Shown here: positions 1 to 9,466 of the stretch, one piece after another
Position numbering within the stretch: the first letter of the stretch is position 1
Layout of the letters: each line of letters begins with the position of its first letter
Source of the DNA: Calditrichales bacterium
Lineage (GTDB): Bacteria; Calditrichota; Calditrichia; Calditrichales; J004
Length of the DNA stretch: 64,000 nt
Assembly (NCBI GenBank): GCA_965267575.1
Contig: OZ254086.1
Location: forward strand, 864,001 to 928,000
Direction: 5' to 3'
The notes under the pieces: generated by a model
What the model was told of the DNA's origin: nothing
Database searches by the model: none
The model's input: only the letters and a program-made list of their open reading frames with translations
Translations under genes and position numbers: made by a program

Positions 1-206
1 CCATACTTCCATTTCCGGTCAACAAAAACCTGCATCAGGGCACCGTGACAACCGGAACAGTATTCGCTAAAAGTAGCCTGAGCCCGTTTCATTGATTCAT
101 CCTGAGCAGGTGCGCTTTTCTCCTGTTTTAACTCCAGACTGCTATTAAAAACAATAAAGATTCCTGCACATACTATTGCTGTCACAAGTATTTTTAATGA
201 TTGCAT
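1..206 (-). CDS. 5' part of a secreted c-type cytochrome-domain protein, running off the left edge
   Basis: Not in the ORF track. Manual translation from ATG at 206: MQSLKILVTAIVCAGIFIVF...FSEYCSGCHGALMQVFVDRKWKY. Hydrophobic N-terminus, CxxCH haem motif, AAGGA RBS upstream. Confidence 0.75.
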   Translation of the reverse strand, partial: MQSLKILVTAIVCAGIFIVFNSSLELKQEKSAPAQDESMKRAQATFSEYCSGCHGALMQVFVDRKWKY

Positions 207-451
207 TTAATTGTCCTTATTATTTGAAAAGATTAGTAACTGTATAAAAATCAAAATTTTTAGCATCAAACTCAAGAAACATATTATTAGTATTACCGGA
301 AGTTTTCATTTGTTTTCCGTTTCACCTGAGTGGAATCCTCAACTATTTACAGGCAATAGCGAAAAAGTGTACGCTTATAGCATGTTTATCCAAAATGTCA
401 CCTATATGTAACCTGAGGGATTTTTTGGGAGAAAACGCAGGAAGTGCCACA

Positions 452-490
452 AAAGAAAAGGCCTTGCAAACTCAATATTTACAAGGCCTT
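452..490 (-). terminator. Rho-independent terminator of tRNA-Phe
   Basis: Inverted repeat AAGGCCTTG...CAAGGCCTT (458-490) followed on the minus strand by TTCTTTT. Confidence 0.7.
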
Positions 491-498
491 AAGGTATG

Positions 499-571
<73 letters not shown>

Positions 572-625
572 AAAAATCACGAGCAGGGAATATACTTACG
601 CGTTTTTTATCCCGCAACCCTTTAA

Positions 626-1513
626 TTAAAATAAATCGATATCCAGCCCTTCTTTTTTGATTTGCTGTGCCAGCGAGTCGATGCTGGCGAGGGCCTTGGT
701 CAGATTAACATAGAGGGCCGGATCGTAAACCATCTTTCCCAGTGTACCCTGCTGGCTCTCAATTTCCTTCAGCATGTCGGCCAATGTTATGGAAATCGTA
801 TCCAGGCGCGATGAAACTTTGCTGAAATTTTGCATGGTGCCGCCGATGGCCGCCTTGTTACTGTCAAGAATAGCATTAAACGTTGCCGAGCCCGCCTCCA
901 GATTACCGATGGTGCGCCCCATGCGCTCGCCGTTCTCGTTTACAAAACTTTTCAGCCCGGCGCTGGTTTGCTGCAAATTGGCCAGCGTCAGGCGGATGTC
1001 CTGCTGCAAAGCGCCGCTGCCCATAAAGTCGTTTACCATCATCACCGTAGTGTCAATACGGTGGGTTAATGCAGTCATCTCTTCGGCCAGATCACCGATA
1101 GTTATTCCCACATCAACAATGCGCCCGCCATAACGCCCCTGGAAAGGCTGCCGCGCCATATTCAGCGGTTGGTTGGATTGACCGGGAAAAATTTCCACGC
1201 GCATGCCTGCCAGAAGCTCATCACTGATAACAATAAATTCCGCATCGTCATAAAGCGGCGCGTCGTCCTGGATCTCCAGGCGCGTAATTACCTGGCGCTG
1301 ATAGGGCTCCACGCTTTTCACTTTGCCGGATTTTACGCCGTTGATCGTAACCGGCTCACCGGGCTGCATGCCGCCAACGTTTTCGAAAAGCACAGTCAGC
1401 TCACGGGTATGGTCTTCAAAGCGATAATTTTTGCCCCAGATAATGCCCAAAACGAGGATGGCCGTGGCAACAATAACCGTCAATCCGACCTTGAATTCAG
1501 TTGATAATGTCAT
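626..1513 (-). CDS. MlaD/MCE family protein
   Basis: N-terminal TM anchor (EFKVGL...), MCE motif F.NVGGM.PG.PV.INGV..GKV, long helical tail ending in GTLGKMVYDPALY. Confidence 0.9.
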   Translation of the reverse strand: MTLSTEFKVGLTVIVATAILVLGIIWGKNYRFEDHTRELTVLFENVGGMQPGEPVTINGVKSGKVKSVEPYQRQVITRLEIQDDAPLYDDAEFIVISDELLAGMRVEIFPGQSNQPLNMARQPFQGRYGGRIVDVGITIGDLAEEMTALTHRIDTTVMMVNDFMGSGALQQDIRLTLANLQQTSAGLKSFVNENGERMGRTIGNLEAGSATFNAILDSNKAAIGGTMQNFSKVSSRLDTISITLADMLKEIESQQGTLGKMVYDPALYVNLTKALASIDSLAQQIKKEGLDIDLF

Positions 1514-1531
1514 CTTGTTTCCATTCGAAAT

Positions 1532-2008
1532 CTACAACAGGGTTTTAAGATCTACTTTTGTACCGGTGGGTACATCAAGACATACACAACGAATTCCATG
1601 TTGCATCAGCCGTTTAAATGCGGCGGCTTCGTCCTCATCCATGTACAGATATGGCAGATAGTTTTTGCGCCCGTCGCGATAATGCAATCCGCCTACGTTA
1701 ATTTCTTTTAGCCCCACGCCAAACGCCACCAGGTGCTCGGCCACATAGGGACTGTTTATCAGAACAATGGTGCGCGCCAGACGGGCCTCACCATCCTGCA
1801 ATTGCCTGGCCGTCATCTCTTCATTCATGATAGAGGTTTTAATGTGTTCCGGCGTGCAGGATTGGTAAAGTTCTTTTTCCCAGCTGTTGGCATACACCTC
1901 ATTATCACACAGGATGATGGCGTTGGCGTTCAGCGCGCTGGCCCAGCCCAAAACTACCTGTCCGTGTATCAAACGATCGTCTATACGTACAAAAGGAGCT
2001 TGCATCAC
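1532..2008 (-). CDS. PTS mannose/sorbose-class EIIB component
   Basis: RIDDRLIHGQV phospho-His signature and INVGG motif. Confidence 0.92.
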   Translation of the reverse strand: MMQAPFVRIDDRLIHGQVVLGWASALNANAIILCDNEVYANSWEKELYQSCTPEHIKTSIMNEEMTARQLQDGEARLARTIVLINSPYVAEHLVAFGVGLKEINVGGLHYRDGRKNYLPYLYMDEDEAAAFKRLMQHGIRCVCLDVPTGTKVDLKTLL

Positions 2009-2397
2009 GAAACTACCCGGATTCCTTTTTTGGCGTCTTCTTCAAGTTTTTTTATCAGCTCCGCGTGACCCATGCGCGGGCAGTTCATGGCAAACGAGAC
2101 GATAACCGGCACATTCATGCCGCTGATGACCGAAACAAAATTAAAATCCTTCTTGATGCGCAGCGCGGCCTGCCAGCAGCTTCCACCCATCAGGTCCACA
2201 AAAATGTAAGCGTTTTCGGCCAGGCTCTCTTGCAATTTTGCCGAAACACTTGCAACAATTTCCTCCACGGAAAGATGTTCGTTGGAATAACAATAAAGCG
2301 GTTGGGCTTCCTGGAAAAATTTCTGCGCCACTTCACCCAACTCACGGGCCAGGTCACCATGCGAAATCAAAAAGCAGATACTTTTTTCTTTACTCAT
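2005..2397 (-). CDS. PTS mannose-class EIIA component
   Basis: ISHG, VDLMGGS and ISGMNVP motifs. ATG at 2397 overlaps the hprK stop (ATGA). Confidence 0.88.
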   Translation of the reverse strand: MSKEKSICFLISHGDLARELGEVAQKFFQEAQPLYCYSNEHLSVEEIVASVSAKLQESLAENAYIFVDLMGGSCWQAALRIKKDFNFVSVISGMNVPVIVSFAMNCPRMGHAELIKKLEEDAKKGIRVVS

Positions 2398-3380
2398 TCC
2401 CAATCTTTTTCAAGATATTGCCGGTCCTTGGCAAGAGGACTGGCATGTTTTTCCTTCATACGCTTCTTCAGGCGTTCGTTGAACTCTTTGGCGGAATGGT
2501 GGCCGAACATTTTTAATAACTGGTTCATGGCGATCGTTTCCGCGATAACGGTTACATTTTTGCCGGGGTTTATCGGCAGCGTTATCTTGGGGAGAATCAC
2601 GCCCAAAATATCCATCGTATGTTCATCCAGCCCCACCCGCTCATAATTATGGTCGGCGCGCCAGTCAACCAGATTCACCACAACTTCAACCCTTTTCTGC
2701 ATGCGCACGCCGCGGATGCCAAAAATCTGCTGGATATCCACCAGCCCGACCCCGCGGATCTCCATCATGTGCTCTTTCATTACCTTGCCATGACCAATCA
2801 GGACATCTTCCGCCTTGCGCTTAACAATCACCAGGTCATCAGCGACCAGGCGATGTCCGCGCTCGATCAGATCCAGGGCAATTTCGCTTTTGCCAATGCC
2901 ACTGCGTCCGGTAAAAAGCATCCCGATTCCATAAACGTCCACCATACTGCCATGCAGCGACGTTGTCGGCGCGAAAATCGTTTCCAGGTAATCACCAAGC
3001 AGATGGACAAACTGCGTTGTGCTGAACGGTGTTTTGATAATGGTAATGGCCCGGCGCGTGGCGGCCTGCACAAAATCATCCGGCACATCATTGTTATTGG
3101 TGATAATGACAAGGGGGATATCAAATTCGATGAAGCGCTCAATAGATTGACGCAGCTCGTCATCGTTAAGCTTCTTGAGGTAGGACATTTCGGTATTGCC
3201 CAGGATCTGGATACGGTTCCAGGTAAACAGATCGGTGAAACCGGAAAGGGCCAGCCCCGGGCGGTGCAGCTCGCTCGTGGTGATGCGCCGGTTCAGTCCG
3301 TTTTCCGAACAAACCAGCTTAAACTTTAGCCGCTCTTTGTTATCCTTGTAAAGGTCGCGGACGAATATGCTTTCTACCAT
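2394..3380 (-). CDS. hprK: HPr(Ser) kinase/phosphorylase
   Basis: RPGLALSG, HGSMVDVYGIG, Walker A GRSGIGKSE, LVADD, MEIRGVG and PGKN motifs. Start moved to ATG 3380 because the longer ORF begins inside a terminator hairpin. Confidence 0.96.
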   Translation of the reverse strand: MVESIFVRDLYKDNKERLKFKLVCSENGLNRRITTSELHRPGLALSGFTDLFTWNRIQILGNTEMSYLKKLNDDELRQSIERFIEFDIPLVIITNNNDVPDDFVQAATRRAITIIKTPFSTTQFVHLLGDYLETIFAPTTSLHGSMVDVYGIGMLFTGRSGIGKSEIALDLIERGHRLVADDLVIVKRKAEDVLIGHGKVMKEHMMEIRGVGLVDIQQIFGIRGVRMQKRVEVVVNLVDWRADHNYERVGLDEHTMDILGVILPKITLPINPGKNVTVIAETIAMNQLLKMFGHHSAKEFNERLKKRMKEKHASPLAKDRQYLEKDWE

Positions 3381-3420
3381 AACGCACCAATTTATAAAAG
3401 AATAAATCCAATATAAAAGA

Positions 3421-3447
3421 AAAAAGGCATCCAAAGGATGCCTTTTT
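3421..3447 (-). terminator. Hairpin terminator after hpf
   Basis: AAAAAGGCATCC-AAA-GGATGCCTTTTT. Confidence 0.75.
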
Positions 3448-3450
3448 AGG

Positions 3451-3771
3451 TTAGCTTTCCAGCTTTTCTACTATTTTTTCCTTCTTATGATCCTTCAACT
3501 TGTTCTTGGATCTAACAATCTGCCTTTCCAGGCTGTCAATAGCCAGGTCAACGGATTTATAAAGATCTTCCGACTTCTCTTTAACCCGTATCACTGTATG
3601 CCTGAGTTTCGCCTTGAACTCGACAATCTGATCAAGCTTTTCATGCGACACAACCGCTTCCACATCCATAATGATATCCGTAAAACGATCCAGGCGTTTG
3701 AGCTTGTCGCTGATGTAAGCCTTCAACGTTTCCGGTGTCTTGTGCCCACGGGTTGTGATGGCGAAATTCAT
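3451..3771 (-). CDS. hpf: Ribosome hibernation factor HPF/RaiA (short form)
   Basis: 106 aa with the S30AE pattern (ITTRG...LKAYISDKLKRL...DLYKSVDLAIDSLERQI); lies next to hprK. Confidence 0.88.
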   Translation of the reverse strand: MNFAITTRGHKTPETLKAYISDKLKRLDRFTDIIMDVEAVVSHEKLDQIVEFKAKLRHTVIRVKEKSEDLYKSVDLAIDSLERQIVRSKNKLKDHKKEKIVEKLES

Positions 3772-3793
3772 AGATACCTCCTAAGGTTTAGGG

Positions 3794-4693
3794 TTATTTT
3801 TTGCGCGCCCGGGGGTGGGCGTGCAAGTACACTTTTTTAAGATGGTCCACGGACAAATGTGTGTAAACCTGGGTCGTCGAGAGGTTTTCATGACCCAGTA
3901 AATCCTTAACAACGCGGATATTGGCACCGGCATTCATCAGGTGGGTGGCATAGCTGTGGCGCAGCATGTGCGGGTGCGCCGAAACGCCGGAAACCACCTG
4001 CTCGATATATTTTTTTACCATGCGCTGTATGGCCATCGGGTACATCTTCTTGCCGTTCTTTAAAATGAAAACGTTTTCTGTGAAGCCGCTATTTCGGGAA
4101 GGCCTTAGATCAAGATAACGCAAAAGAGCCGCCTTACCCTTCCGGCCGACAGGAACAAAACGCTCTTTTTTCCCTTTTCCCATTATCCTAATCGTTTCCT
4201 GGCTTAACAATAAATCCTGCATTTGCAGGTTAATCAACTCGCTTAATCGTAATCCGCAACCATACAAAAGTTCCAGGATCGCTTTATCCCGCACGCCGTC
4301 AAAAGAATCAGCAGGGGGACAATTTACTATATCGGCAATTTCCTTCTCAGATAGAAATTGCGGCAGCTTTTGTTCAAAACGCGGCATCCGCACAACGGAA
4401 GCCAGGCTGCCGTCAATCACTTTGTTCTGTTCAAGATATTTCAGGAAAGATTTTAATGTCGCCACTTTGCGCGCTATGCTGCGTTTGCCCAGACCTTTTT
4501 CCTGCAGATGCATCAAAAAGAAGCGGATGTGTTTGCGTTCGAGAAGGTTCCAGCTGATATCGCGGCCGTCACCGAGGTCATCTAAAAACTCGCAGAACTG
4601 CACCAGATCTGTATGGTAGGATTCAACGGTATGCGCGGAATAGCGCTTTTCCAAAGTTATATAATCCAGAAACTGGCGAACCTTTATGTCCAT
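3794..4693 (-). CDS. xerC: Tyrosine recombinase XerC
   Basis: 299 aa; YSAHTVESY, LLYGCGLRLSEL, GKGKKER, HPHMLRHSYATH and LLGHENLSTTQVYTH (R-H-R-H-Y catalytic set); housekeeping context. Confidence 0.9.
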   Translation of the reverse strand: MDIKVRQFLDYITLEKRYSAHTVESYHTDLVQFCEFLDDLGDGRDISWNLLERKHIRFFLMHLQEKGLGKRSIARKVATLKSFLKYLEQNKVIDGSLASVVRMPRFEQKLPQFLSEKEIADIVNCPPADSFDGVRDKAILELLYGCGLRLSELINLQMQDLLLSQETIRIMGKGKKERFVPVGRKGKAALLRYLDLRPSRNSGFTENVFILKNGKKMYPMAIQRMVKKYIEQVVSGVSAHPHMLRHSYATHLMNAGANIRVVKDLLGHENLSTTQVYTHLSVDHLKKVYLHAHPRARKK

Positions 4694-4896
4694 AGTAGCT
4701 CTTAATATGCGGAGACGAGATGCTTATCTTATAATCAACAGTTTTAAAGCCGTTTTCAACAGAAATCGTCACTATTTTTTATTTTTTTTATTGGAATTAT
4801 CTTTTGAAAATTGAAATTTAAGATGACTGTGTTATTTTAGCGGCTGTTAATTGGACCAAAAATTTAAATTTATCTCACTGAAAAGATCGGCTAATT

Positions 4897-7197
4897 ATGA
4901 GTAAAAATCTGGTTGTAGTGGAATCGCCGGCAAAGGCCAACACCATAAGTAAATACCTGGGAAAAGATTTCGAGGTGCTGGCCTCGTACGGCCACGTAAG
5001 AGACCTTGTCCCCAAAGAAGGTGCCGTCGATACTACTTCATTCGACATGAAATATGAGACGATAAAAAAGAACAAGAAACACCTGGACAAGATCGTAAGC
5101 GAGGCCAAAGACGCGGACGCCCTCTACCTGGCTACAGACCCCGATCGCGAAGGTGAAGCCATCTCCTGGCACGTTTTCCAGGTTTTGGAGAAAAAGAAAA
5201 TAGCAAAGGACAAGCCCGTTCACCGCATCGTTTTTCATGAGATCACGAAAAACGCTATAGATAACGCGCTGGAACATCCGCGCACGCTCTCCATGGATCT
5301 GGTAAACGCCCAGCAGGCACGGCGCGCCCTGGATTACCTTGTGGGTTTTAACCTTTCGCCATTGCTCTGGAAAAAAATCAAACGAGGCCTTTCCGCGGGC
5401 CGCGTACAAAGCCCCGCTCTGCGCATGATCGTAGAACGCGAACGGGAAATCGAAGCTTTTAACCCGCAGGAATACTGGAGCCTGCATGCCTTGTGCGCCA
5501 AAAGCACAAACACGTTCGACGCGCAGCTTAGCGTGTACGGTGGAAAAAAACTGAAGCAGTTTGACGTGGAAAACGAGCAACAGGCTTCAAAAATACAAAG
5601 CGAGATAAAGCAGGCCGCGGGGGGAAAACTGCTTGTAAAGACGGTGGACAAAAAGCAGAGAAAACGAAATCCTATGCCCCCGTTCATAACGTCTACAATG
5701 CAGCAGGATGCTTCGCGCAAGCTGGGCTTCAGCGCGCAAAAAACCATGCGCGTGGCGCAGCAGCTCTACGAAGGTATTGACATCGGCAGCGGCGAAGTGG
5801 GCCTTATTACCTACATGCGTACAGACTCCGTCAGCGTGGCCGGCGAAGCTATTCAGCAAATGCGCCGTTTTATAGCCGCAAAGATCGGGCAGGATTATCT
5901 CCCCGAAAAGGCCAATTATTATCGCACAAAATCCAAAAATGCCCAGGAAGCGCACGAAGCTATCCGGCCCACCTCAATCGACCTTAGTCCCGATCGCATT
6001 AAAGGTTCGCTGACATCGGACCAGTACCGCCTGTATGACCTGATCTGGAAACGGGCCCTGGCCAGCCAGATGGTCTCCGCAACGATCAACACTGTTTCCG
6101 TGGACCTGGAAGTGTCCGGCACAAAGCACCAATTCCGTGCCAGCGGCTCCAACATCGCCCACACCGGCTTTTTAAAAATATACATTCAGGGCAGCGATGA
6201 ACCCGATGACGAAAACGAAGAAAAGATGCTCCCTGAGCTGCGCGAAGGTGAAAACGTGGACCTGAACGATGTTAAAGCAGAACAGCATTTTACCAAGCCC
6301 CCGCCCCGCTACACGGAAGCCAGCCTGATCAAATCGCTGGAAGAGTTTGGCATCGGGCGGCCTTCCACCTACGCCTCGATTATCAGCACATTGCTGCAGC
6401 GTGATTACGTGGAGCTGGAAAGCAAGCGTTTTGTCCCAACGGATATGGGTCGCGTGGTAAATAATTTCCTAACCCAGTATTTCAGCCAGTACGTGGATTA
6501 CGAATTTACCGCCCAACTGGAAGATAAGCTGGATGCGGTCTCTCGCGGCGAGGACGAGTGGGTGCCGCTGATGAAAGATTTCTGGGAACGCTTCAGCAAG
6601 CAGGTGGATGAAGGCGAGAAGATCCCGCGCAGCGAAGCTAACCAGAGCCGCGAACTAGGCGTTGATCCGGACAGCGGCAAGCCGGTCAGCGCGCGCATGG
6701 GGCGCTACGGTCCGTTTGTGCAGCTGGGCAGCAGCGAGGACGATGAAAAGCCATCCTTTGCCAGCCTGCGTAAAGACCAGAGCCTGGAAAATATCACCCT
6801 GGAAGAAGCCCTGAAGCTGTTCGACCTGCCGCGCCATTTGGGTGAATCGGAAGATGGCGAAGAGGTGAGCACTAACATTGGCCGCTACGGGCCTTATGTG
6901 CGGGTCGGCAAAACATTTGTATCGCTGAAAGAAGACGATCCCCATACAGTAACACTGGAACGGGCCCTGGAGCTTTACAAAGAGCATAAAGAGCGCAGTG
7001 ACAACCGTACGATCAATGAATTTGATAACGGGAAAATTAAGGTGCTGAACGGCCGCTTTGGCCCCTACGTAACCAACGGCGCCAAAAACGCCAAAATACC
7101 CAAGGACAAAAAACCCGAAGAGTTAAGCCGCGAGGAGTGCGTTGAGCTGCTGGAAAAAGCACCGGAACGCAAAGGCCGCCGGCGCCGCAAAAGCTAG
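4897..7197 (+). CDS. topA: DNA topoisomerase I (type IA) with Toprim_C repeats instead of zinc ribbons
   Basis: VESPAKA, ATDPDREGEAI, SAGRVQS, ITYMRTDS (catalytic Tyr), GIGRPSTYA; three GR(Y/F)GP(F/Y)V C-terminal repeats. Confidence 0.97.
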   Translation: MSKNLVVVESPAKANTISKYLGKDFEVLASYGHVRDLVPKEGAVDTTSFDMKYETIKKNKKHLDKIVSEAKDADALYLATDPDREGEAISWHVFQVLEKKKIAKDKPVHRIVFHEITKNAIDNALEHPRTLSMDLVNAQQARRALDYLVGFNLSPLLWKKIKRGLSAGRVQSPALRMIVEREREIEAFNPQEYWSLHALCAKSTNTFDAQLSVYGGKKLKQFDVENEQQASKIQSEIKQAAGGKLLVKTVDKKQRKRNPMPPFITSTMQQDASRKLGFSAQKTMRVAQQLYEGIDIGSGEVGLITYMRTDSVSVAGEAIQQMRRFIAAKIGQDYLPEKANYYRTKSKNAQEAHEAIRPTSIDLSPDRIKGSLTSDQYRLYDLIWKRALASQMVSATINTVSVDLEVSGTKHQFRASGSNIAHTGFLKIYIQGSDEPDDENEEKMLPELREGENVDLNDVKAEQHFTKPPPRYTEASLIKSLEEFGIGRPSTYASIISTLLQRDYVELESKRFVPTDMGRVVNNFLTQYFSQYVDYEFTAQLEDKLDAVSRGEDEWVPLMKDFWERFSKQVDEGEKIPRSEANQSRELGVDPDSGKPVSARMGRYGPFVQLGSSEDDEKPSFASLRKDQSLENITLEEALKLFDLPRHLGESEDGEEVSTNIGRYGPYVRVGKTFVSLKEDDPHTVTLERALELYKEHKERSDNRTINEFDNGKIKVLNGRFGPYVTNGAKNAKIPKDKKPEELSREECVELLEKAPERKGRRRRKS

Positions 7198-7658
7198 TGG
7201 ATGGTGTTGGTACCCTGGTGATAAAAGAAGCCTTCAAATGAAGGTGTGCTCTCCAGGTTGAAAAACATGCCTGCGACTATGGACTTCACATCTTCCAGGG
7301 TAATATTAGCCGTGCCAATGGAAAGCGCTTTTTCGATCACTTCTTCCATTTCCACCTCTTTTAGCAGGCCCAGTTGCCATAACTGAAGCAGATAGCCATA
7401 GCCTTCAGGGGCAATCACCAATCTTTCCAGATCGTGCAAAATGCGGATGGAGCCTTCACTATAAGTAAACTCGGCACTCTCATCCGTGTCGTCTTTTTGC
7501 AGGTGATTAAAAATCCAGGAAAAGGCGAGATTGATCTCATTTTCGGTGTAACCGCGGGAGAGCAGCTCGCGGGAAAGATCAGAATAGTTTTCTTTTTTGG
7601 GCTTGTACTTCAACCCCTCCAGCAGGTAAACAATAATATCGATAATACGTTCTTGCAT
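7194..7658 (-). CDS. smg: DUF494/Smg family protein
   Basis: ELLSRGYTENEINLAFSW and SIRILHDLE...GYGYLLQL.QLGLL patterns. Confidence 0.85.
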   Translation of the reverse strand: MQERIIDIIVYLLEGLKYKPKKENYSDLSRELLSRGYTENEINLAFSWIFNHLQKDDTDESAEFTYSEGSIRILHDLERLVIAPEGYGYLLQLWQLGLLKEVEMEEVIEKALSIGTANITLEDVKSIVAGMFFNLESTPSFEGFFYHQGTNTIH

Positions 7659-7754
7659 GCAGTGCGTCAGCTTATTTTTTGTTCCGAAATATTTACTACC
7701 GGAAAATGAAAAGGTTTGTTGTTTTTTCCTGTGCGCGTCGTCATTAATACAAGC

Positions 7755-9428
7755 TTAATTATTTATGCGCACGTCTTCAAGATTTAATTGCAGGCGTGAT
7801 GTGCCGCGAAAAATATTAATATTCATTTTAAAGGCAAGATCCAGCGCCGCGCCGAGCCTGATGACGTCTTTATATTCCGCGCCGCCCCACCAGACACATT
7901 CAAATAATTTATTCTCTTTTTGCACAAACAGCTTCAGGTGATTGTGTTCACGCCCCAGTGTGCGGATTTCCCGAACAACTACATCGTTTAGCAAAAGCAC
8001 CGGTTCCGGACTGGTTTCGCCGAAAGGCCCTACTTCCTGTATCTGCCGCGCCGTTACTTCGTTCACCTGACCCAGGTCAACTACCGAATCAATGATCAAT
8101 TCGGCGGTCAGGTTTTCGTTTTCAAGGAATTTATTTACGTACTCGGTAAATTCCTGCTTGAAGCGCGGATAGTTCTCCGCTGTTACCGTCAGGCCCGCGG
8201 CTTTGTGGTGTCCGCCGTAGTTGAGAAAATAATGGTTGAAACGTGTCAGCGCGTCGGTTACATGAAAGGCTTCGATGCTGCGCGCCGAACCAACAAAATT
8301 GCCCTGTTCATCACGGGTAAAAGCAATCACCGGGCGTGAGAATTTTTCCTTCAGCTTGCCGGAGACCAGCCCGATCAATCCGGCCTGCCACTCCTCGTTT
8401 TCAATAATGATCACTTTATTGGCGTCGGCTTCACCATCTATGCCCGCCAAGGCATTCTGGATGTAAGTCTCCTGCAAAGTCTGCCGTTCGCGGTTCAGCT
8501 CATCCAGCTGTGAAGCCATGGTTTCGGCGCGGTGCATGTTGCTCTCAATCAGCAAGTCAACCGACAGTCCGGCATCTTCCATGCGTCCGGCGGCGTTCAG
8601 GCGCGGCGCCAGAAAATAGCCGATGGTGATGGGCGTGATCGTATTGGTTTTGATGCCGGCCACCTGTTTTAAAGCAATCAGACCAGGCTTTTTTGTATTG
8701 GCCAGTACTTTTAAGCCAAACTTGACCAGGGCGTAATTCTCGTCACGCAACGGCATCACGTCGGCAATGGTGCCGATGGCCACCAAATCGAGATGGCTGA
8801 GCAGAAACTGCTTGTAATTGTCCTCGCTCATGAAGTGAGGGGCCAGGGCGTGCAGCAGCTTAAAAGCCACGGTAACGCCGCAGATCTGCTTAAAGGGATA
8901 TTCGGAATCGGTACGGTTGGGATTGACGACAGCCGTCGCGTTGGGCAGCTCGCCCTCCTGCAGGTGGTGGTCGGTGATAACGGTATCAATGCCCAGGCTG
9001 TTGCCGTAGTCGATCGCTTCGTTGGCGCTGATGCCGTTATCCACCGTGATGATCAGGTTGCCGCCCCAGCTGTTTACCGTGTCAATGCCGGCAACGCGCA
9101 GGCCGTAACCATCACGTTCGCGGTTGGGCACGATGTAGCGCACCGGGTAGTTGATCGCTTTGAAAAAATAGATCATCAAAGCAGTAGAGGTAACGCCATC
9201 CACGTCGTAATCGCCAAAAATAACAATTTTTTCATTTTGCTTAACGGCCCGGATAATGCGTTCGACGGCCTTGTCCATGTCCGGCAAAAGCCGCGGGTCG
9301 TGCATCCGATCGGTCAGCCGGAAAGGCTGCATATGGTCGAGGGGAAGTTTTCGGTTGTCCAGAATTACATCAATAATACTACGGTTGGTATCGCTGTTTA
9401 ATATGGTCCAGTCTTTAGAAGGTAACAC
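7755..9428 (-). CDS. recJ: Single-stranded-DNA-specific exonuclease RecJ
   Basis: GDYDVDG, TVDNG, TDHH, GTIADVMPL, PRLNAAGR, GSARS, GGHHKAAG and PFG motifs. Confidence 0.96.
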   Translation of the reverse strand: MLPSKDWTILNSDTNRSIIDVILDNRKLPLDHMQPFRLTDRMHDPRLLPDMDKAVERIIRAVKQNEKIVIFGDYDVDGVTSTALMIYFFKAINYPVRYIVPNRERDGYGLRVAGIDTVNSWGGNLIITVDNGISANEAIDYGNSLGIDTVITDHHLQEGELPNATAVVNPNRTDSEYPFKQICGVTVAFKLLHALAPHFMSEDNYKQFLLSHLDLVAIGTIADVMPLRDENYALVKFGLKVLANTKKPGLIALKQVAGIKTNTITPITIGYFLAPRLNAAGRMEDAGLSVDLLIESNMHRAETMASQLDELNRERQTLQETYIQNALAGIDGEADANKVIIIENEEWQAGLIGLVSGKLKEKFSRPVIAFTRDEQGNFVGSARSIEAFHVTDALTRFNHYFLNYGGHHKAAGLTVTAENYPRFKQEFTEYVNKFLENENLTAELIIDSVVDLGQVNEVTARQIQEVGPFGETSPEPVLLLNDVVVREIRTLGREHNHLKLFVQKENKLFECVWWGGAEYKDVIRLGAALDLAFKMNINIFRGTSRLQLNLEDVRINN

Positions 9429-9466
9429 ATTTCTCCCGGTTAATAGTCATCCATGTTGATGTGAAT

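Noticed and set aside
211-411. 66-aa plus-strand ORF
   Set aside because: TTG start in an AT-rich region upstream of the minus-strand cytochrome gene, with no RBS or motif.
3381-3434. N-terminal extension of HprK given in the ORF track
   Set aside because: It begins inside the hpf terminator hairpin; ATG 3380 gives a normal HprK N-terminus.
3794-4693. Tyrosine recombinase as the integrase of a mobile element near tRNA-Phe
   Set aside because: Size, motifs and the topA/hpf/hprK context fit chromosomal XerC; there are no att sites or cargo genes.
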